This document shows positions 1 to 20,568 of a DNA stretch of 64,000 bases, piece by piece. Made by a program: the position numbers and the translations under genes. A model generated the notes under the pieces. The model was not told the DNA's origin, did no database searches, and saw nothing but the letters and a program-made list of their open reading frames with translations. Origin of the DNA: the human T2T-CHM13v2.0 reference genome, Homo sapiens; assembly GCF_009914755.1 (NCBI RefSeq), contig NC_060945.1; one strand, 5' to 3'. Position 1 is the stretch's first letter. Each line of letters opens with the position of its first letter.

Positions 1-3000
1 TTTTTTATAATCTGCAATTGGATATTTGGATCCCTTTGCGGCCTATGGTGGAAAAGGAAATACCTTCAAATAAAAACTACACAGAAGCATTCTGAGAAAC
101 TTCTTTGTGATGTGTGCATTCATTTCACAGAGTTAATCCTTTCTTTGTATTCAGCAGTTTTGAAACACTCCTTTTATAGAATCTGCAAGTAGATATTTGG
201 AGTGCTTTGAGGCCTACTGTGCTAAAGCAAATATCTTCATCTAAAAACTACACAGAAGCATTCTGAGAAACTTCTTTGTGATGTATGCATTCATCTCATG
301 GAATTGAACGTTTCTTTCGATTAGGCAGTTTTGAATCTCCCTTTTTGCAGAATCTGCAAGTGGATATTTAAGAGCTTTGAGGCCTATTGTGGAAAAGGAA
401 ATATCTTCACATAAAAACTACACAGATGCATTCTGAGAAATTTCTTTTTGATGTGTGCATTCATCTCACAGGGTTGAACCTGTCTTATGATTGAAAGGTT
501 TTGAAACACTGTTTTTGCAGAGCCTGCATGTGGAAATTTTGAGCGCTTTGAGGCCTATTGTGGAAAAGGAAATATGTTCACATAAAAGCTACACAGAAGC
601 ATTCTGAAAAACGTCTTTGTGATGAGTGCATTCATCTCACAGAGTTGATCCTTTCTTTTTATTCAGCAGTTTTGAAACACTCCTTTTAGAGAATCTGCAA
701 GTAGATATTTGGAGCGCGTTGAGGCCTACCATGGAAAAGCAAATATCTTCACATAAAAACTACACAGAAATATTCTGAGAAACTTTTTTGTGGTGTACAC
801 ATTCATGTCACAGAGTTGAACCTTTCTTTTGATTGAGCAGTTTTGAAAGACTCTGTTTGTAGAATCTGCAAGTGGATATTTGTAGCGATTGAGGCCTGTT
901 GTGGAAAAGGAAATATCTTCACATAAAAACTACAGAGAAGCATTCTGAGAAACTTCTTTGTGATGTGTGTATTCAACTCACAGAGTTGAACCTATCTGCT
1001 AATTGAGTAGTTTTGAATCTCTCTTTTTGCAGAATCTGAAAGTTGATATTTGGAGAGCTTTGAGGCCTATTGTGGAAAAGGAAATATCTTCACATAGAAA
1101 CTACACAGAAGCATTCTGAGAAACTTCGTTGTGAGGTGTATATTCAAAACACAGAGTCGAACCTATCTTTTGAATGAGCAGCTCTGAATCTCCCTTTATG
1201 CAGAATCTGCAAGTGGATATGTGGAGAGCTTTGAGGCCTATTGCTGAAAAGGAAATATCTTCAAATAAAAACTAAACAGAAGCATTCTGAGAAACTTCTT
1301 TGTGATGTGTGTATTCAAGTCACAGAGTTGAACCTATCTTTAGATTGAACAGTTGTGAATCTTTCTTTTTGTAGAATCTATGAGTGTATATTTGGGGCCC
1401 TTTGCAGCCTATGGTGGAAAAGGAAATATTTTCAAATAAAAACTACACAGAAGCAGTCTGAGAAACTTCGTCATGATGTGTGAATTCATCTCACGGAGTT
1501 GAATCCTTCTTTTGATTGATCAGTTTTGAAACACTCTTTTTGTAGCATCTGCAAGTGGATATTTGGAGCGCTTTGAGCCCTACCGTGGAAAAGCAAATAT
1601 CTTCAAATAAAAACTTCACAGAAGGATTCTGAGAAACTTCTTTGTTATGTGTGCATTCATCTCACAGAGATGAACCTTCCTTTTGATGGAACAGTTTTAA
1701 AACACTCTGTTTGTAGAATCTGCAAGTGAATATTTGGAGCGATTTGAGGCCTATTGTGGAAAAGGATATATCTTCACATAAAAGCTACACAGCAGCATTT
1801 TGAAAAACTTTTTTGTGATGTGTGCATTCAACTCAGAGAGTTGAACCTATCTTTTGATTGGACAGTTTTGAATCTCTCTTTTTGTGCAATCTGCAAGTGG
1901 ATATTTGGAGCCCTTTGTGGCTTATGGTGGAAAAGAAAATATCTTCAAATAAAAACTACACAGAAGCATTCTGAGAAACTTGATTGTGATGTGTGCATTC
2001 ATCTGGCAGGGTTGAACCTTTCTTTTGATTGGGAAGTTTTGAAACACTCTTTTTGCAGAATCTGCAAGTGGATATTTAGAGCGATTTGAGGCCTATTGTG
2101 GAAAAGGAAGTATCTTCACATAAAAATTACACAGAAGCATTCTGAGAAACATCTTTGTGATGTGTGCATTCATTTCACAAGGTTGAACCTATCTTATAAT
2201 TGGACAGATATCTATTTCTCTTTTTGTAGAATCTGCAAGTGGATATTTGGAACCATTTACACTCTATGGTGGAAAGGGAAATATCTTCAAATAAAAACTA
2301 CACAGAAGCATTCTGAGAAAAGTCTTTGTGATCTGTGCATTCATCTCAGTGGGTTGAACCTATCTTATGATAGAGCAGTTTTGAAACACTCTTTATGTAT
2401 AATCAGCAAGTGGATATTATGAGCACTTTGAGGCCTACTTTGGAAAAGCACATATCTTCACCTAAAAACTACACAAAAGCATTCTGAGAAACTTCTTCGT
2501 GATGTGTGAGTTCACCTCACAGAATTGAACCTTTCTTTTGATTGAGCAGTTTTGAAACACTCTTTTTGTAGAATCTGCAAGTGGATATTTGGAGTGATTT
2601 GAGGCCTATTGTGGAAAAGGAAATATCTTCAAATAAAAACTACACAGAAGCATTCTGAGAAACTTCTTTGTGATGTGTGCATTCAACTCAGAGAGTTGAA
2701 CCTATCTTTTGATTGAGCCGTTTTGAATCTCTCTTTTTGTAGAATCTGCAAGTGGATATTTGGAGCCCTTTGTGCTCTTCGGTGGAAAAGGATATATCTT
2801 CAAATAAATACTACACAGAAGCATTCAGAGAAACTTCATTGTGATGAGTGCATTCATCACACAGAGTTGAAACCTTCCTTTGATTGAACAGTTTTGAAAC
2901 ACTCTTTTTGCAGTATCTGCAAGTTGATATTTGGAGAGCTTTGGGGCCCATTGTGGAAAAGGAAATATCTTCAGATAAAAACGACACAGAAGCTTTCTGG

Positions 3001-3800
3001 GAAACTTCTTTGTGATGTGTGCATTCAACTCACAGAGTTGAATCTATCTTTGGATTGGGCAGATTTGAATCTCTCTTTTGTAGGATCTGCAAGTCGATAT
3101 TTGGAGCCCTTTGTGGCCTATAATGGAAAAGGAAATATCTTCAAACTGAAACTACACAGAAGCATTCTGAGAAACATCCTTGTGATGTGTGCATTTGTCT
3201 CACAGAATTTAACTGTTCTTTTGATTGAGCTGTTTGGAAACACTCTTTTAGTAGAATCTGCAAGTGGATATTTGGAGCTATTTGAGGCCTATTTTGAAAA
3301 AGGAAATATCTTCACATAAATACTGCGCAGAAGCATTCTGCGAAACTTCTTGTTATGTGTGCATTCAACTCACAGTGTTCACCCTATCTTTTGATTCAGC
3401 ACTTTTAAATCTCTCATTTTGTAGAATCTGCAAGTGGATACTTGGAGTACTTTGTGCCCTATGGTGGAAAATGAAATATCTTCAAATAAAAACTACACAG
3501 AAGCATTCTGGGAAACTTCTTTGAGAAAAATGCATTCACCACACAGAGTTGAAGCTTTCTATTGACTGAGTAGTTTTGAAACACTTTTTTTGTAGAATCT
3601 AGAAGTGAATATGTGAAGGGCTTTGCGGTCTATTTTGGAAAAGGAAATATCTTCGTATAAAAACTACACAGAAGCATTCTGGGAAACTTCCTTGTTATGT
3701 GTGAATTCAACTCATGGATTTGAACCTATCTTTTGACAGAGTAGTTTTGAAACTCTCTTTTGGTAGAATCTGTACGTGGATATTTGGGGCGCTTTGCAGC
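1..3800 (+). repeat. Alpha satellite, monomeric, layer A (left)
   Basis: ~171-bp tandem units CATTCTGAGAAACTTCTTTGTGATGTGTGCATTCA... with diagnostic AAAACTACACAGAAGCATTC and GTGGATATTTGG. A-type box (CTAT[GT]GTGGAAAAGGAA). Right boundary approximate. Confidence 0.95.
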
Positions 3801-6800
3801 CTATGGTAGAAAACGGAATACCCTCACATAAAATATAGACAGAAGCAATCTGAGAAATTCCTTTACGATGTGTGCATTTATCTCACAGAGTTAAAACTTT
3901 CTCTTGATTGAGCCATTTTGAAACTCTCCTTTCGTAGAATCTGGAAGTGGACATTTGGAGCTCTTAAAGGCCTATGGTGGAAAAGGAAATATCTTCACAT
4001 AAAATCCAGACAGAAGCAATCTGAGAAACTTCTTTGTGATGTTGCATTCATCTCACAGAGTTAAATCTTTTTTTTTGATTGGGGAGATTTGAAACACTCC
4101 TTTTGTAGAATCTGCAAGTGGATATTTGGATCTCTTTGAGGCCCATCGTGGAAAAGGAAGTATCTTCATATAAAAACTAGACAGAAGAATTCTGAGAAAC
4201 ATCTTTGTGATGCATGCGTTCATCTCACAGAGTCAAAAATTTCTTTTGATTGAGCTGTTTGGAAACACACTTTTTGTAGAATCTGCAAGTGGACCTTTGG
4301 AGCGCTTTGAGACCTATGGTAGAAAAGGAAAGATATTCACATAAAATCTAGATAGAGGCAATCTGAGAAAGTTCTTTGTGATGTGTGCATTCATCCCACA
4401 CAGTTAAACCTTTCTTTTGATTCAGTAGTTTTGAAACTCTCTTTTTGTAGAATCTGCAAGTGAATATTTGGAGAGATTTTATACCTATGGTGGAAAAGGA
4501 AATATCTTCACATAAAAACTAGATAGAAGAATTCTGAGACACTTCTTTGTGATGTCTGGATTCATCTCATAGAGCTGAACATTTCTTTTGATTGAGCAGT
4601 TTGGAAACATTCTTTTTGTAGAATCTTCAAGTGGACATTTGGAGTGCTTTGCGATCTATGGTAGAAAAGGAAATATCTTCACATAAAATCTAGATAGAAG
4701 CAATCTGATAAACTCCTTTGTGATATGTGCGTTCATCTCACAGGGTTGAACATTTCTTTTGATGGACCAGATTTGAAACTCTCTTTTTGTAGAATCTGCA
4801 AGTGGACATTTAGAGTGTTTTGTGGCCTATGGTGGAAAATAATGTATCTTCACATAAAAACTAGACAGAAGAATTCTGAGAAACTTCTTTGTGATGCCTG
4901 TGTTCTTCTCACAGATTTGAACCTTCTTTTGATTGAGAAGTTTGGAAACACTCTTTTTGTAGAATCTGCAAGTGGACATTTGGAGTGCGTTGGGGCCTAA
5001 GGTATAAAAGGAAATATCTTCACATAAATTGTAGACAGAAGCAATCTGAGAAACTTCTTTGTGATGTGTGCATTCATCTCACAGAGTTAAAACTTCCTTT
5101 TGATTGAGCTGTTTTGAAACTCTTTTTATAGAATCTGCACGTGGACATTTGGGGCATTTTGAGGCCTACGGTGGAAAAGGAAATATCTTCACATAAAAAC
5201 TAGACAGAAGAATTCTGAGAAACTACTTTGTGATGCGTGCATTCATCTCACAGAGTTGAACCTTTCTTTTTATTGAGCAGTTTGGAAAAACTTTTGTTGT
5301 AGAATCTTCAGGTGGACATTTGGAGTGCTGTGCGGCCTATGCTAGAAAAAGAATTATCCGTACATAAAATCTAGACAGAAGCAATCTGAGAAACTTCTTT
5401 GTTATGTGGGCATTCATCTCACAGAGTTAAACCTTTCTTTTGATAGTGTAGATTTGAAACTCACTTTTTGTAGAATGTGCAAGTAGACATTTCGATTTCT
5501 TTGTGGCCCATGGTACAAAAGGAAATATCATCACATAAAAACTAGACAGAAGAATTCTGAGAAACTTCTTTGTGATGTGTGCGTTCATCTCACAGAGTTG
5601 AAACTTTCTTTTGATTGAGGAGTACAGAAACACTCTTTTTGTAGGATCTGCAAGTGGATATTTGGAGCGCTTTTTGGCCTATGGCAGAAAAGGAAATATC
5701 TTCAGACAAACTCTAGACAAAAGCAATCTGAGAAACTTCTTTGTGATATGTTCATTCATCTGAAAGAGGTAAACCTCTTTTTTTTGATGCAGGAGTTTTG
5801 AAACTCTCTGTAGAATCTGCAAGTGGACATTTGGAGCGCTTTGAGGACTATGGTTGGAAAGGAAATATCTTCAAATAAAAACTAGGCAGAAGAATTCTGA
5901 GAAACGACTTGGTGATGTGTGCATTCATCTGACAGAGTTGAATCTTTCTTTTCATTGAGGAGTTTTGAAACACTCTTTTTGTAGAATCTGCAAGTGGACA
6001 TTTAAAGTGCTTTGCGGCCTATGGTAGAAAAGGAAATATCTTCACATAAAATCTGGACAGAAGCAATCTGAGAAACTTCTTTGTGATGTGTGCATTCAAC
6101 TCACAGAGTTAAAGCTTTGTTTTGATAGAACAGTTTTGAAACTCTCTTTTTGTAGAATCTGCAAGTGGACAATTTGAGCACCTTGAGGCCTCTGGTGGAA
6201 AATGAAATATCTTCACATAAAAACTAGACATAAGAATTCTGGGAAACATCTTTGTGATGTCTGCGTTCATCTTACAGAGTTGAACCTTTCTTTTGATTGA
6301 GGAGTTTGGAAAGAGTCTTTTTGTAGAATCTGAAAATGGATATTTGGAGCGCTTTACGGTCTGTGGCAGAAAAGGAAATATCTTCAGACAAAATCTAGAC
6401 AGAAGCAATCTGAGAAACTTCTTTGTGATGTGTACATTCATCTGAAAGAGGTTAACATGTTTTTTTTGATGCAGGAGTTTTGAAACTCTCTGTAGAATCT
6501 GCAAGTGGACATTTGGAGCGCTTTGAGGCCTATGGTGGGAAAGGAAATATCTTCACATAAAAACTAGACAAAAGAATTCTGTGAAACTTCTTTGTGATGT
6601 GTGCGTTCATCTGACAGAGTTCAATCTTTCTTTTGAATGAGCAGTTTGGAAACATTCTTTTTGTAGAATCTGCAAGTGGACATTTGGAGTGCCTTGTAGC
6701 CTATGATAGAAAAGGAAATATCTTCACATAATATCTAGACAGAAGCAATCTGAGCAACTTCTTTGTGATGTGTGCATTCATCTCACTGAGATAAACTTTT

Positions 6801-7628
6801 ATTTTAATTCAGAAGTTTTGAAACTCTTTTTGTAGAATCTGAAAGTGGACATTTGGAGCGCTTTGAGGCCTATGGTAGAAAAAGAAATATCGTAACATAA
6901 AATCTATACAGAAGAAATCAGAGAAACTTCTTTGTGAAGTGTGCATTCATCTCACAGAGTTGAACCTTTCTTCTGATTGAAGAGCTTTGAAACTCTCTTT
7001 TTGTAGAATCTGGAAGTGGACATTTGGAGTGTTTTGAGGCCTATGGTGGAAAAGGAAATATCTTCACATACAATCTAGACAGAAGCAAGAAGAGAAATTT
7101 CTTTGTGATGTGTGCATTCATCTGACAGAGTTGGACCTTTCTTTTGATGGAGCAGTTTTGAAACTCTCTTTTTGTAGAATCTGAAAGTGGACATTTGGAG
7201 GGTTTTGCAGGCTATGGTAGAAAAGGAAATATCTTCACATAAAATCTAGACCGAAGCAATGGGAGAAACTTCTTTGTGATGTTTGCATTCATCTCACAGA
7301 GGTAAACCTTTCTTTTGGTGGACCAGTTTTGAAAGATTCTTTTGTAGAATCCGCAAGTGGATATTTCGAGTGCCTTGAGGCCTATTTTGGAAAATAAATT
7401 ATCTTCACATAAAAACTAGACAGAAGAACTCCGAGAAACTTTTTTGTGATGCGTGCATTCATCTCACAGAGTTGAACTTTGTTTTGATTGAACAGTTTGG
7501 AAACACTCTTTTTGTAGAATCTGCAAGTGGACATTTGGATCGCTTTGGAGTCTATGGTAGAAAAAGAAATATCTTCACATAAAATCTAGACAGAAGCAAT
7601 CTGAGAAACTACTTTGTGATGTCTGCAC
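3801..7628 (+). repeat. Alpha satellite, layer B (dimer-like), forward
   Basis: Largely alternating monomers GGTAGAAAAGG..AAATCTAGACAGAAGCAATCTGAG and GGTGGAAAAGG..AAAACTAGACAGAAGAATTCTGAG, with GTGGACATTTGG. Confidence 0.92.
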
Positions 7629-7630
7629 TA

Positions 7631-13600
<5,970 letters not shown>

Positions 13601-16600
13601 GCTCCAAATGTCCACTTGCAGATTCTACAAAAAGAGTGTTTCAAAATTGCTCAATGAAAAGTAAGGTTCAACTTTGTGAGATGAATGCACACATCACAAA
13701 GAAGTTTCTCAGAATAATTCTGTCTGGTTTTTAGGTGAAGATATTTTCTTTTCCACCATAGCCCTCAAAGCACTCTAAATGTCCACTTGCAGATCCTACA
13801 AAAAGAGTTTTTCAAAACAGCTCAATCAAAAGAAAGTTTCAAGTCAGTGAGATGAATGCAAACGTCACAAAGAAGTTTTTCAAAATGCTTCTGTCTAGTT
13901 TTTCTGTGAAGATATTTGCTTTTCGACCATAGACCTCAAAGCGCTCCAAATGTCCAATTGCAGATTCTACAAAAAGAGTGTTTCAAAGCTGCTCAATCAA
14001 AAGAAAGGTCCAGCTCTGTGAGATGAATGTACACATCACAAAGTAGTTTGTCAGAATGCTTCTGTCTCGTTTTTATATGAGGGTATTTCCTTTTCCACCA
14101 TAGGCCTCAAAGCACTCTAAATGTCCTCTTGCAGATACTACAAAAAGGGTGTTTCAAAACTGCTCAATCAAAACTAAGGTTCAACTCTGGGAGATGAATG
14201 CACATATCACCATGAAGGTTGTCAGAATGCTTCTGTTTTTTATATGAAGATATATGAAGATATTTCCTTTTCCACCATGTGCGTCAAAGCCCTCAAAATG
14301 TCCACTTACAGATTCTCCAAAAAGAGTGTTTCAAAATTGCTCAATGAAAAGTAAGGTTCAACTCTGTGAGATGAATGCCCACATCACAAAGAAGTTTGTC
14401 AGAATGCTTCTGTCTAGTTTTTATGTGAAGATATTTCCTTTTTCGCCATAGTCCCCAAAGCGCTACAAATGACTACTTGCAGATTCTACAAAAAGAGTGT
14501 TTCAAAGTTGCTCAATCAAAAGGAAGTTTCAACTCTGAAAGATGAATGCATGCATAACAAAGAAGTTTGTCAGAAGATTTCTGTCTAGTTTTTATGTGAC
14601 GATACATCCATTTCCACCATAGGCCAGAAAGCGGTCCAATTGTCCACTTGCAGATTCTACAAAAAGAGTGTTTCAAATCTGCTCAATGAAAAGTAAGGTT
14701 CAAATCTTTGAGTTGAACGCACACATTGAAAAGAAGTTTGTCAGAATGCTTCTGTCTGTTCTGTATGTGAAGATGTTCCCTTTTCCACCATAGGCCTCAA
14801 AGTGCTCCAAATGTACACTTGCAGATTCTACAAAAAGAGTGTTTCAAAGCTCCTGAATCAAGGAAAGTTTCAATTCTTTGTGAGATGAATGCACACATCA
14901 CAAAGAAGTTTGTCAGAATGCTTCTGTCTAGTTTTTAAGTGAAGATATTTCCTTTTCCACCATAGGCCTCAAAGCACTCCAATTGTCCACTTGCAGATTT
15001 TACAAAAAGAGTGCTTCCAAAGTGCTCAATCAAAAGGGAGGTTCAACCCTGTAAGATGAATGCACACATCACAAAGAAGTTTCTCAGAATGGTTCTGTCC
15101 AATTTTTATGTGAAGATATTTCGTTTTCCACCATAGGCCTCAAAGCACTCCAAATGTCCACTTGCAGATTCTACAAAAAGAATGTTGCAAAGCTGCTCAA
15201 TCAAAAGAAAGTTTCAACACTTTGTGAGATGTATGCAGACATCACAAAAAGTTTATCATAATGCTTCTCTCTATTTATTATATGAAGATATTTCATTATC
15301 CACCATAGGCCTCAAAGAGCTCCAAATGTCCACTTTTAGATTCTACAAAAAGAGTGTTTCAAAACTGGACAATCAAAAGTAAGGTTCAACTCTGTGAGAT
15401 GATTGCACACATCACAAAGAAATTTCTCAGAATGCTTCTGTTTAGTTCTTATGTGAAGATATTTCCTTTTCCTCCATAAGCCTCAAAGCACTCCAAATGT
15501 CCACTTTCAAATAGCAGAAAAAGGATGTTTCAAAACTGCTCAATCAAAAGAAAGGTTCAACTCTGTGAGATGAATGCACATATCACAAATAAGGTTGTCA
15601 GAATACGTCTGTTTAGTTTTTATGTGAAGATATTTCCTTTTCCACCATTGGCCTCAAAGTGCTCCAAATGTTCACTTGCAGATTCTACATATAGGGTGTT
15701 CCAAAGCTGCTCAATCAAAAGAAAGTTTCAACTCTATGAGACGAATGCACATATCACAAAGACGTTTGTCAGAATGCTTCTGTGTAGTTTTCATGTGAAC
15801 ATATTTTCTTTTCTACCATAGGCCTCAAAGTGCTCCAAATGTCCACATGCAGATTCTATAAAATACTTTTTCAAAACTGCTCAATCAAAAGAAAGGTTCA
15901 AGTCAGTGAGATGAATGCAAACGTCACAAAGAAGTTTTTCAAAATGCTTCTGTCTAGTTTTATCTGAAGATATTCCTTTTCCACTGTAGGCCTCAAAGCG
16001 CTCGAAATGTCCAGTTGCAGATTCTACAAAAAGAGTGTTTCAAAGCTGCTCAATGAAAACAAAGGTCCAGCTCTGCGAGATAAATGCACACATCACAAAG
16101 AAGTTTGTCAGAATGCTTCTGTCTGGTTTATATGTGAAGATATTTCCTTTTCCACCATATGCCTCAAAGCACTCCAAATGTCCACTTGCAGACATTACAT
16201 AAAGGGTGTTTCAAAACTGCTCAATCAAAAGTAAGGTTCAACTCTGTGAGATGAATGCACATGTCACAAAGAAGGTTGTCACAATGCTTCTGTCTAGTTT
16301 TTATGAGAAGACATTTCCTTTTCCACCATCGGCCTCAAAGTGCTCCAAATGTCCAAATGCAGATTCAACAAAAAGAGTGTTTCAGAACTGCTGAATGAAA
16401 GGTAAGGTTCAACTCTGTGAGATAAATGCATACATCACAAAGAAGTTTGTCAGAATGCTTCTATCTAGGTTTTATGTGAAGATATTTACTTTTCCACCAT
16501 AGGCCTCAAAGCGCTCCAAATGTGCACTTGCAGATAGTACAAAAAGAGTATTTCAAAATTCTGAAGGAAAATTAAGTTTCAACTCTGAGAGATTAATGCA

Positions 16601-19600
16601 CACATCACAAAGATGTATGTCAGAATGCGTCTATCTGGTTTTTACGTGAAGATATTTCGTTATCCAACATAGGCCTCAAAGCACTCCAAATGTCCACTTG
16701 CAGATTTTACAAAAACAGTGCTTCAAAGCTGCTTAATCAAAATAAAGTTCAAATCTGTGAGATGAATGCACCCATCACAGAGAAATTTGTCAGAATGCTT
16801 CTGTATAGTTCTTATGTGAAGATATTTCTTTTCCACCAAAGCTCTCAAAGTACTCCAAATGTCCACTTGTGGATATTACCAAAAGGGTGCTTCAAAACTG
16901 CTCAATCAAAAGTAAGGTTCAACTCTGTGACATGAATGCACACATCACAAAGAAGTTTGTCAGAATGCTTTTGTCTAATTTTTATGTGGAGATATTTCCT
17001 TTTCCAACATAGGCCTCAAGTGCTTCAAATGTCCACTTGCAGATTCTACAAAAAATTGTTTTGAAACTGCTCAATTGAAGGTAAGGTTCAACTCGGTGAT
17101 GTGAATGCACACATTACAAAGAAGTTTGTCAGAATGCTTCTGTCTAGTTTTTATGTGAAGATATCTCCTTTTCAACCATAGGTCTCAAGCACTCCAAATG
17201 TCCACTTGCAGATTCTACAAAAAGAGTGCTTCAAAACTGCTCAATGAAAAGTAAGGTTCAATTCTGTGAGATGAATGCATGCATCACAAAAGAGTTTGTC
17301 AGAATACTTCTGTCTGGTTTTTATGTGATGATATTTCCTTTTCCACCAAAGGCCTCAAAGTGCTCCAAATATCCAATTGCAGATTATACAAAAAGAGTGT
17401 TTCAGAGCTGCTCAATCAAAAGAAAGGTTCCACTCTGTGAGACGACTGCACACATCACAAATAAGTGTGTCATAATGCTTCTGTCTAGTTATTATATGAA
17501 GATATTTCATTAACCACACCATAGGCCTCAAAGTGCAGCAAATGTCCACTTGCAGATTCTACAAAAAAGAGTGTTTCAAAACTGCTCAATCAAAAGTAAG
17601 GTTCAACTCTGTGAGATGAATGCACACATCACAAAGGAATTTCTCAGAATCTTTCTGCCTAGTTCTTATGTGAAGATATTTCCTTTTCCACCATAGGCCT
17701 CAAAACACTCCAAATGTCCACTTGCAGATTCTACAAAAAGAGGATTTCCAAACTGCTCAATCAAAAGAAAGGTTCGACTCTGTGAGCTGAAGACACACAT
17801 CACAAAGAAGTTTGTCAGAAAGCTTCTTTCTGTTTTTTATGTGAAAATATTTCCTTTTCCACCAAAGGCCTCAAAGCACTCCAAAGTCCAATTGCAGATG
17901 CTACAAAAAGAGTGTTTGAGAGCTGCTCAATCAAAAGAAAGGTTCCACTCTGTGAGACGAATGCACACATCATAAAGAAGTTTGTCATAATGCTTCTGTC
18001 TAGTTATTATATGAAGATATTTCATTAACCACCATAGGCCTCAAAGTGCAGCAAATATCCGCTTGCAGATTCTACAAAAAAGAGTGTTTCAAAACTGCTT
18101 AATTGAAAGTAAGGTTCAACTCTGTGAGATGAATGCACACATCACAAAGGAATTTCTCAGAATCCTTCTGCCTAGTTCTTATGTGAAGATATTTCCTTTT
18201 CCACCATAGGCCTCAAAGCACTCCAAATGTCCACTTGTAGATACTACAAAAAGGGTGTTTCAAAACTGCTCAATCAAAAGTAAGGTTGAATTCTGTGAGA
18301 TGAATTCACACATCACAAAGGAGTTTGTCAGAAAGCTTCTTTCTGGTTTTTATGTGCAGATATTTCCTTTTCCTCCAAAGACCTCAAAGCACTCCAAATG
18401 TCCAATTGCAGATGTTACAATAAGAGTGTTTCAGAGCTGCTCAATCAAAAGAAAGGTTCCACTCGGTAAGATGAAAACACACATCACAAAGAAGTTTTTC
18501 ATAATGCTTCCATCTAGTTATTATATGAAGATATTTTGTTAACCACCATAGGCCTCAAAGTGCAGCAAATGTCCACTTGCAGATTCTACAAAGAGAGTGT
18601 TTCAAAACTGCTCAATCGAAAGTAAGGTTCAACTCTGTGGGATGAATGCACACATAGCAAAGAAATTTCTCAGAATACTTCTGTCTAGTTCTTATGTGAA
18701 GATATTTCCTTTTCCACCATATGCCTCTAAGTACACCAAATGTCCACTGGTAGATATTTCAAAAAGGGTGTTTCAAAACTGCTAAATCAAAAGTAAGATT
18801 CAACTCAGTGAGATGAATTCACATATCACAAAGAAGGTTGTCAGAATGCTTCTGTCTAGTTTTTATGTGAAGATAATTCTTTTTCCACCATAGGCCTCAA
18901 AGCGCTCAAAATGTCCACTTGCAGATTCTACAAAGAGTATTTCAAAACTGCTCAATGAAAAATAAGGTTCAACTCTGTGAGATGAGTGCACACATCACAA
19001 AGAAGTTTGTCAGAATGCTTCTGTCTAGTTTGTATGTGAAGATTTTTCCTTTTCCACCATAGGCCTCAAAGCTCTCCAAATGTCCACTTGCAGATTCTAC
19101 AAAAAGAGTGTTTCAAAGTTGTTCAATCAAAAGAAAAGTTCAACTCTGTGAGATGAATGCACACATCACAAAGAAGTTTCTCAGAATGCATCTGTCTACT
19201 TTTAACCTGAAGATATTTACTTTTCCACCATAGGCCTCAAAGCGCTCCAAATGTCCACTTGCAGACACTACAAAAAGAGTGTTTCAAAACTGCTCAATGA
19301 AAAGTAAGGTTCAACTCTGTGAGATGAATGCACACAACACAAAGAAGTTTGTCAGAATGGTCTGTCTAGTTTTTATGTGAAGATATTTCCTTTTCCACCA
19401 TAGGCCTCATAGTGCTCCAAATGTCCACTTGTAGATTCTACAAAAAGAGTGTTTCAAAGCTTCTCAATGAAAAGCAAGGTTTAACCCTGTGAGACGAATG
19501 CACACATCACAAAGAAGTTTCTCAGCAGGCTTCTGTCTAGTTTTTATGTGAAGACATTTCCTTTTCCTCAATAGGACTCAAAGTCCTCCAATTGCTCACT

Positions 19601-20568
19601 TGCAGATTCTACAAAAAGAGTGTTTCAAAATTGCTCAATGAAAAGTAAGGTTCAACTCTGTGAGATGAATGCACACATCACAAAGAAGTTTGTCAGAATG
19701 CTTCTGTCTGGTTTTTATGTGAAGATATTTCCTTTTCCACCATAGGCCTCAAAGCACTCCAAATGTCCACTTGCTGATTCTACAAAAAGAGTGTTTCAAA
19801 GATGATCAATCAAAAGAAAGGTTCGAATCAGTGTGAGATGAATGCACACATCACAAAGAAGTTTCTCAAAATGCTTCTGTCTAGTTATTATATGAATATA
19901 TTTGGTTATCCACTATAGGTCTCAAAGCGCTCCAAATGTCCACTTGCATATACTACAAAAAGAGTGTTTCAAAGCTGTTCAATCAAAACAAAGGTTCACC
20001 TCGGTGAGATGAATGCACATATCACAAAGAAGTTTGTCAGAACGCTCCTGTCTAGTTTTTATGTGAATATATTTCCTTTTTCATCATACGCCTGAAATTG
20101 TTCCAAATATCCACTTGCAGGTGCTACAAAAAGAGTGTTTCCAAACTGTTCAATAAAAAGAAAGGCTCAACTCTGTGAGATGAACACACTCAACACAGGA
20201 GTTTCTCAGAATTCTTTTTTCTCGTTTTTATGTGAAGATATTTCCTTCTCCACCATAGGTCTCAAAATGCTCCAAATGTCCACTTGCAGATTGTACAACA
20301 AGAGTGTTTCAAAACTGTTCAATCAAAAGAAATGTTCAACTCTGTGAGATGAATGCACACATCACAAGGCAGTTTGTCAGAATGCTTCTGTCTAATTTTT
20401 ATGTGAAGATATTTCCTTTTCCACCGTAGTCCTCAAAGCACTCCAATTGTACACTTGTAGAATCTACAAAAAGAGTGTTTTAAAACTGCTCCATCAACAG
20501 AAATGTTCAACTCTGTGAGATGAAGGCACACATCACAAAGAAGTTTGTCAGAATGTTTCTTTCCAGTT
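13601..20568 (-). repeat. Alpha satellite, layer C, reverse orientation
   Basis: Reverse units with diagnostics AAGTTTGTCAGAATGCTTC, AAAGTAAGGTTCAAC and TTTCAAAGCTGCTC, which are rare in layers A and B. Confidence 0.9.

Noticed and set aside
2777-2793. CTTCGGTGGAAAAGGAT as a possible CENP-B box
   Set aside because: It has TTCG but lacks the required CGGG, so it is a mutated A-box. No complete box was seen by eye.
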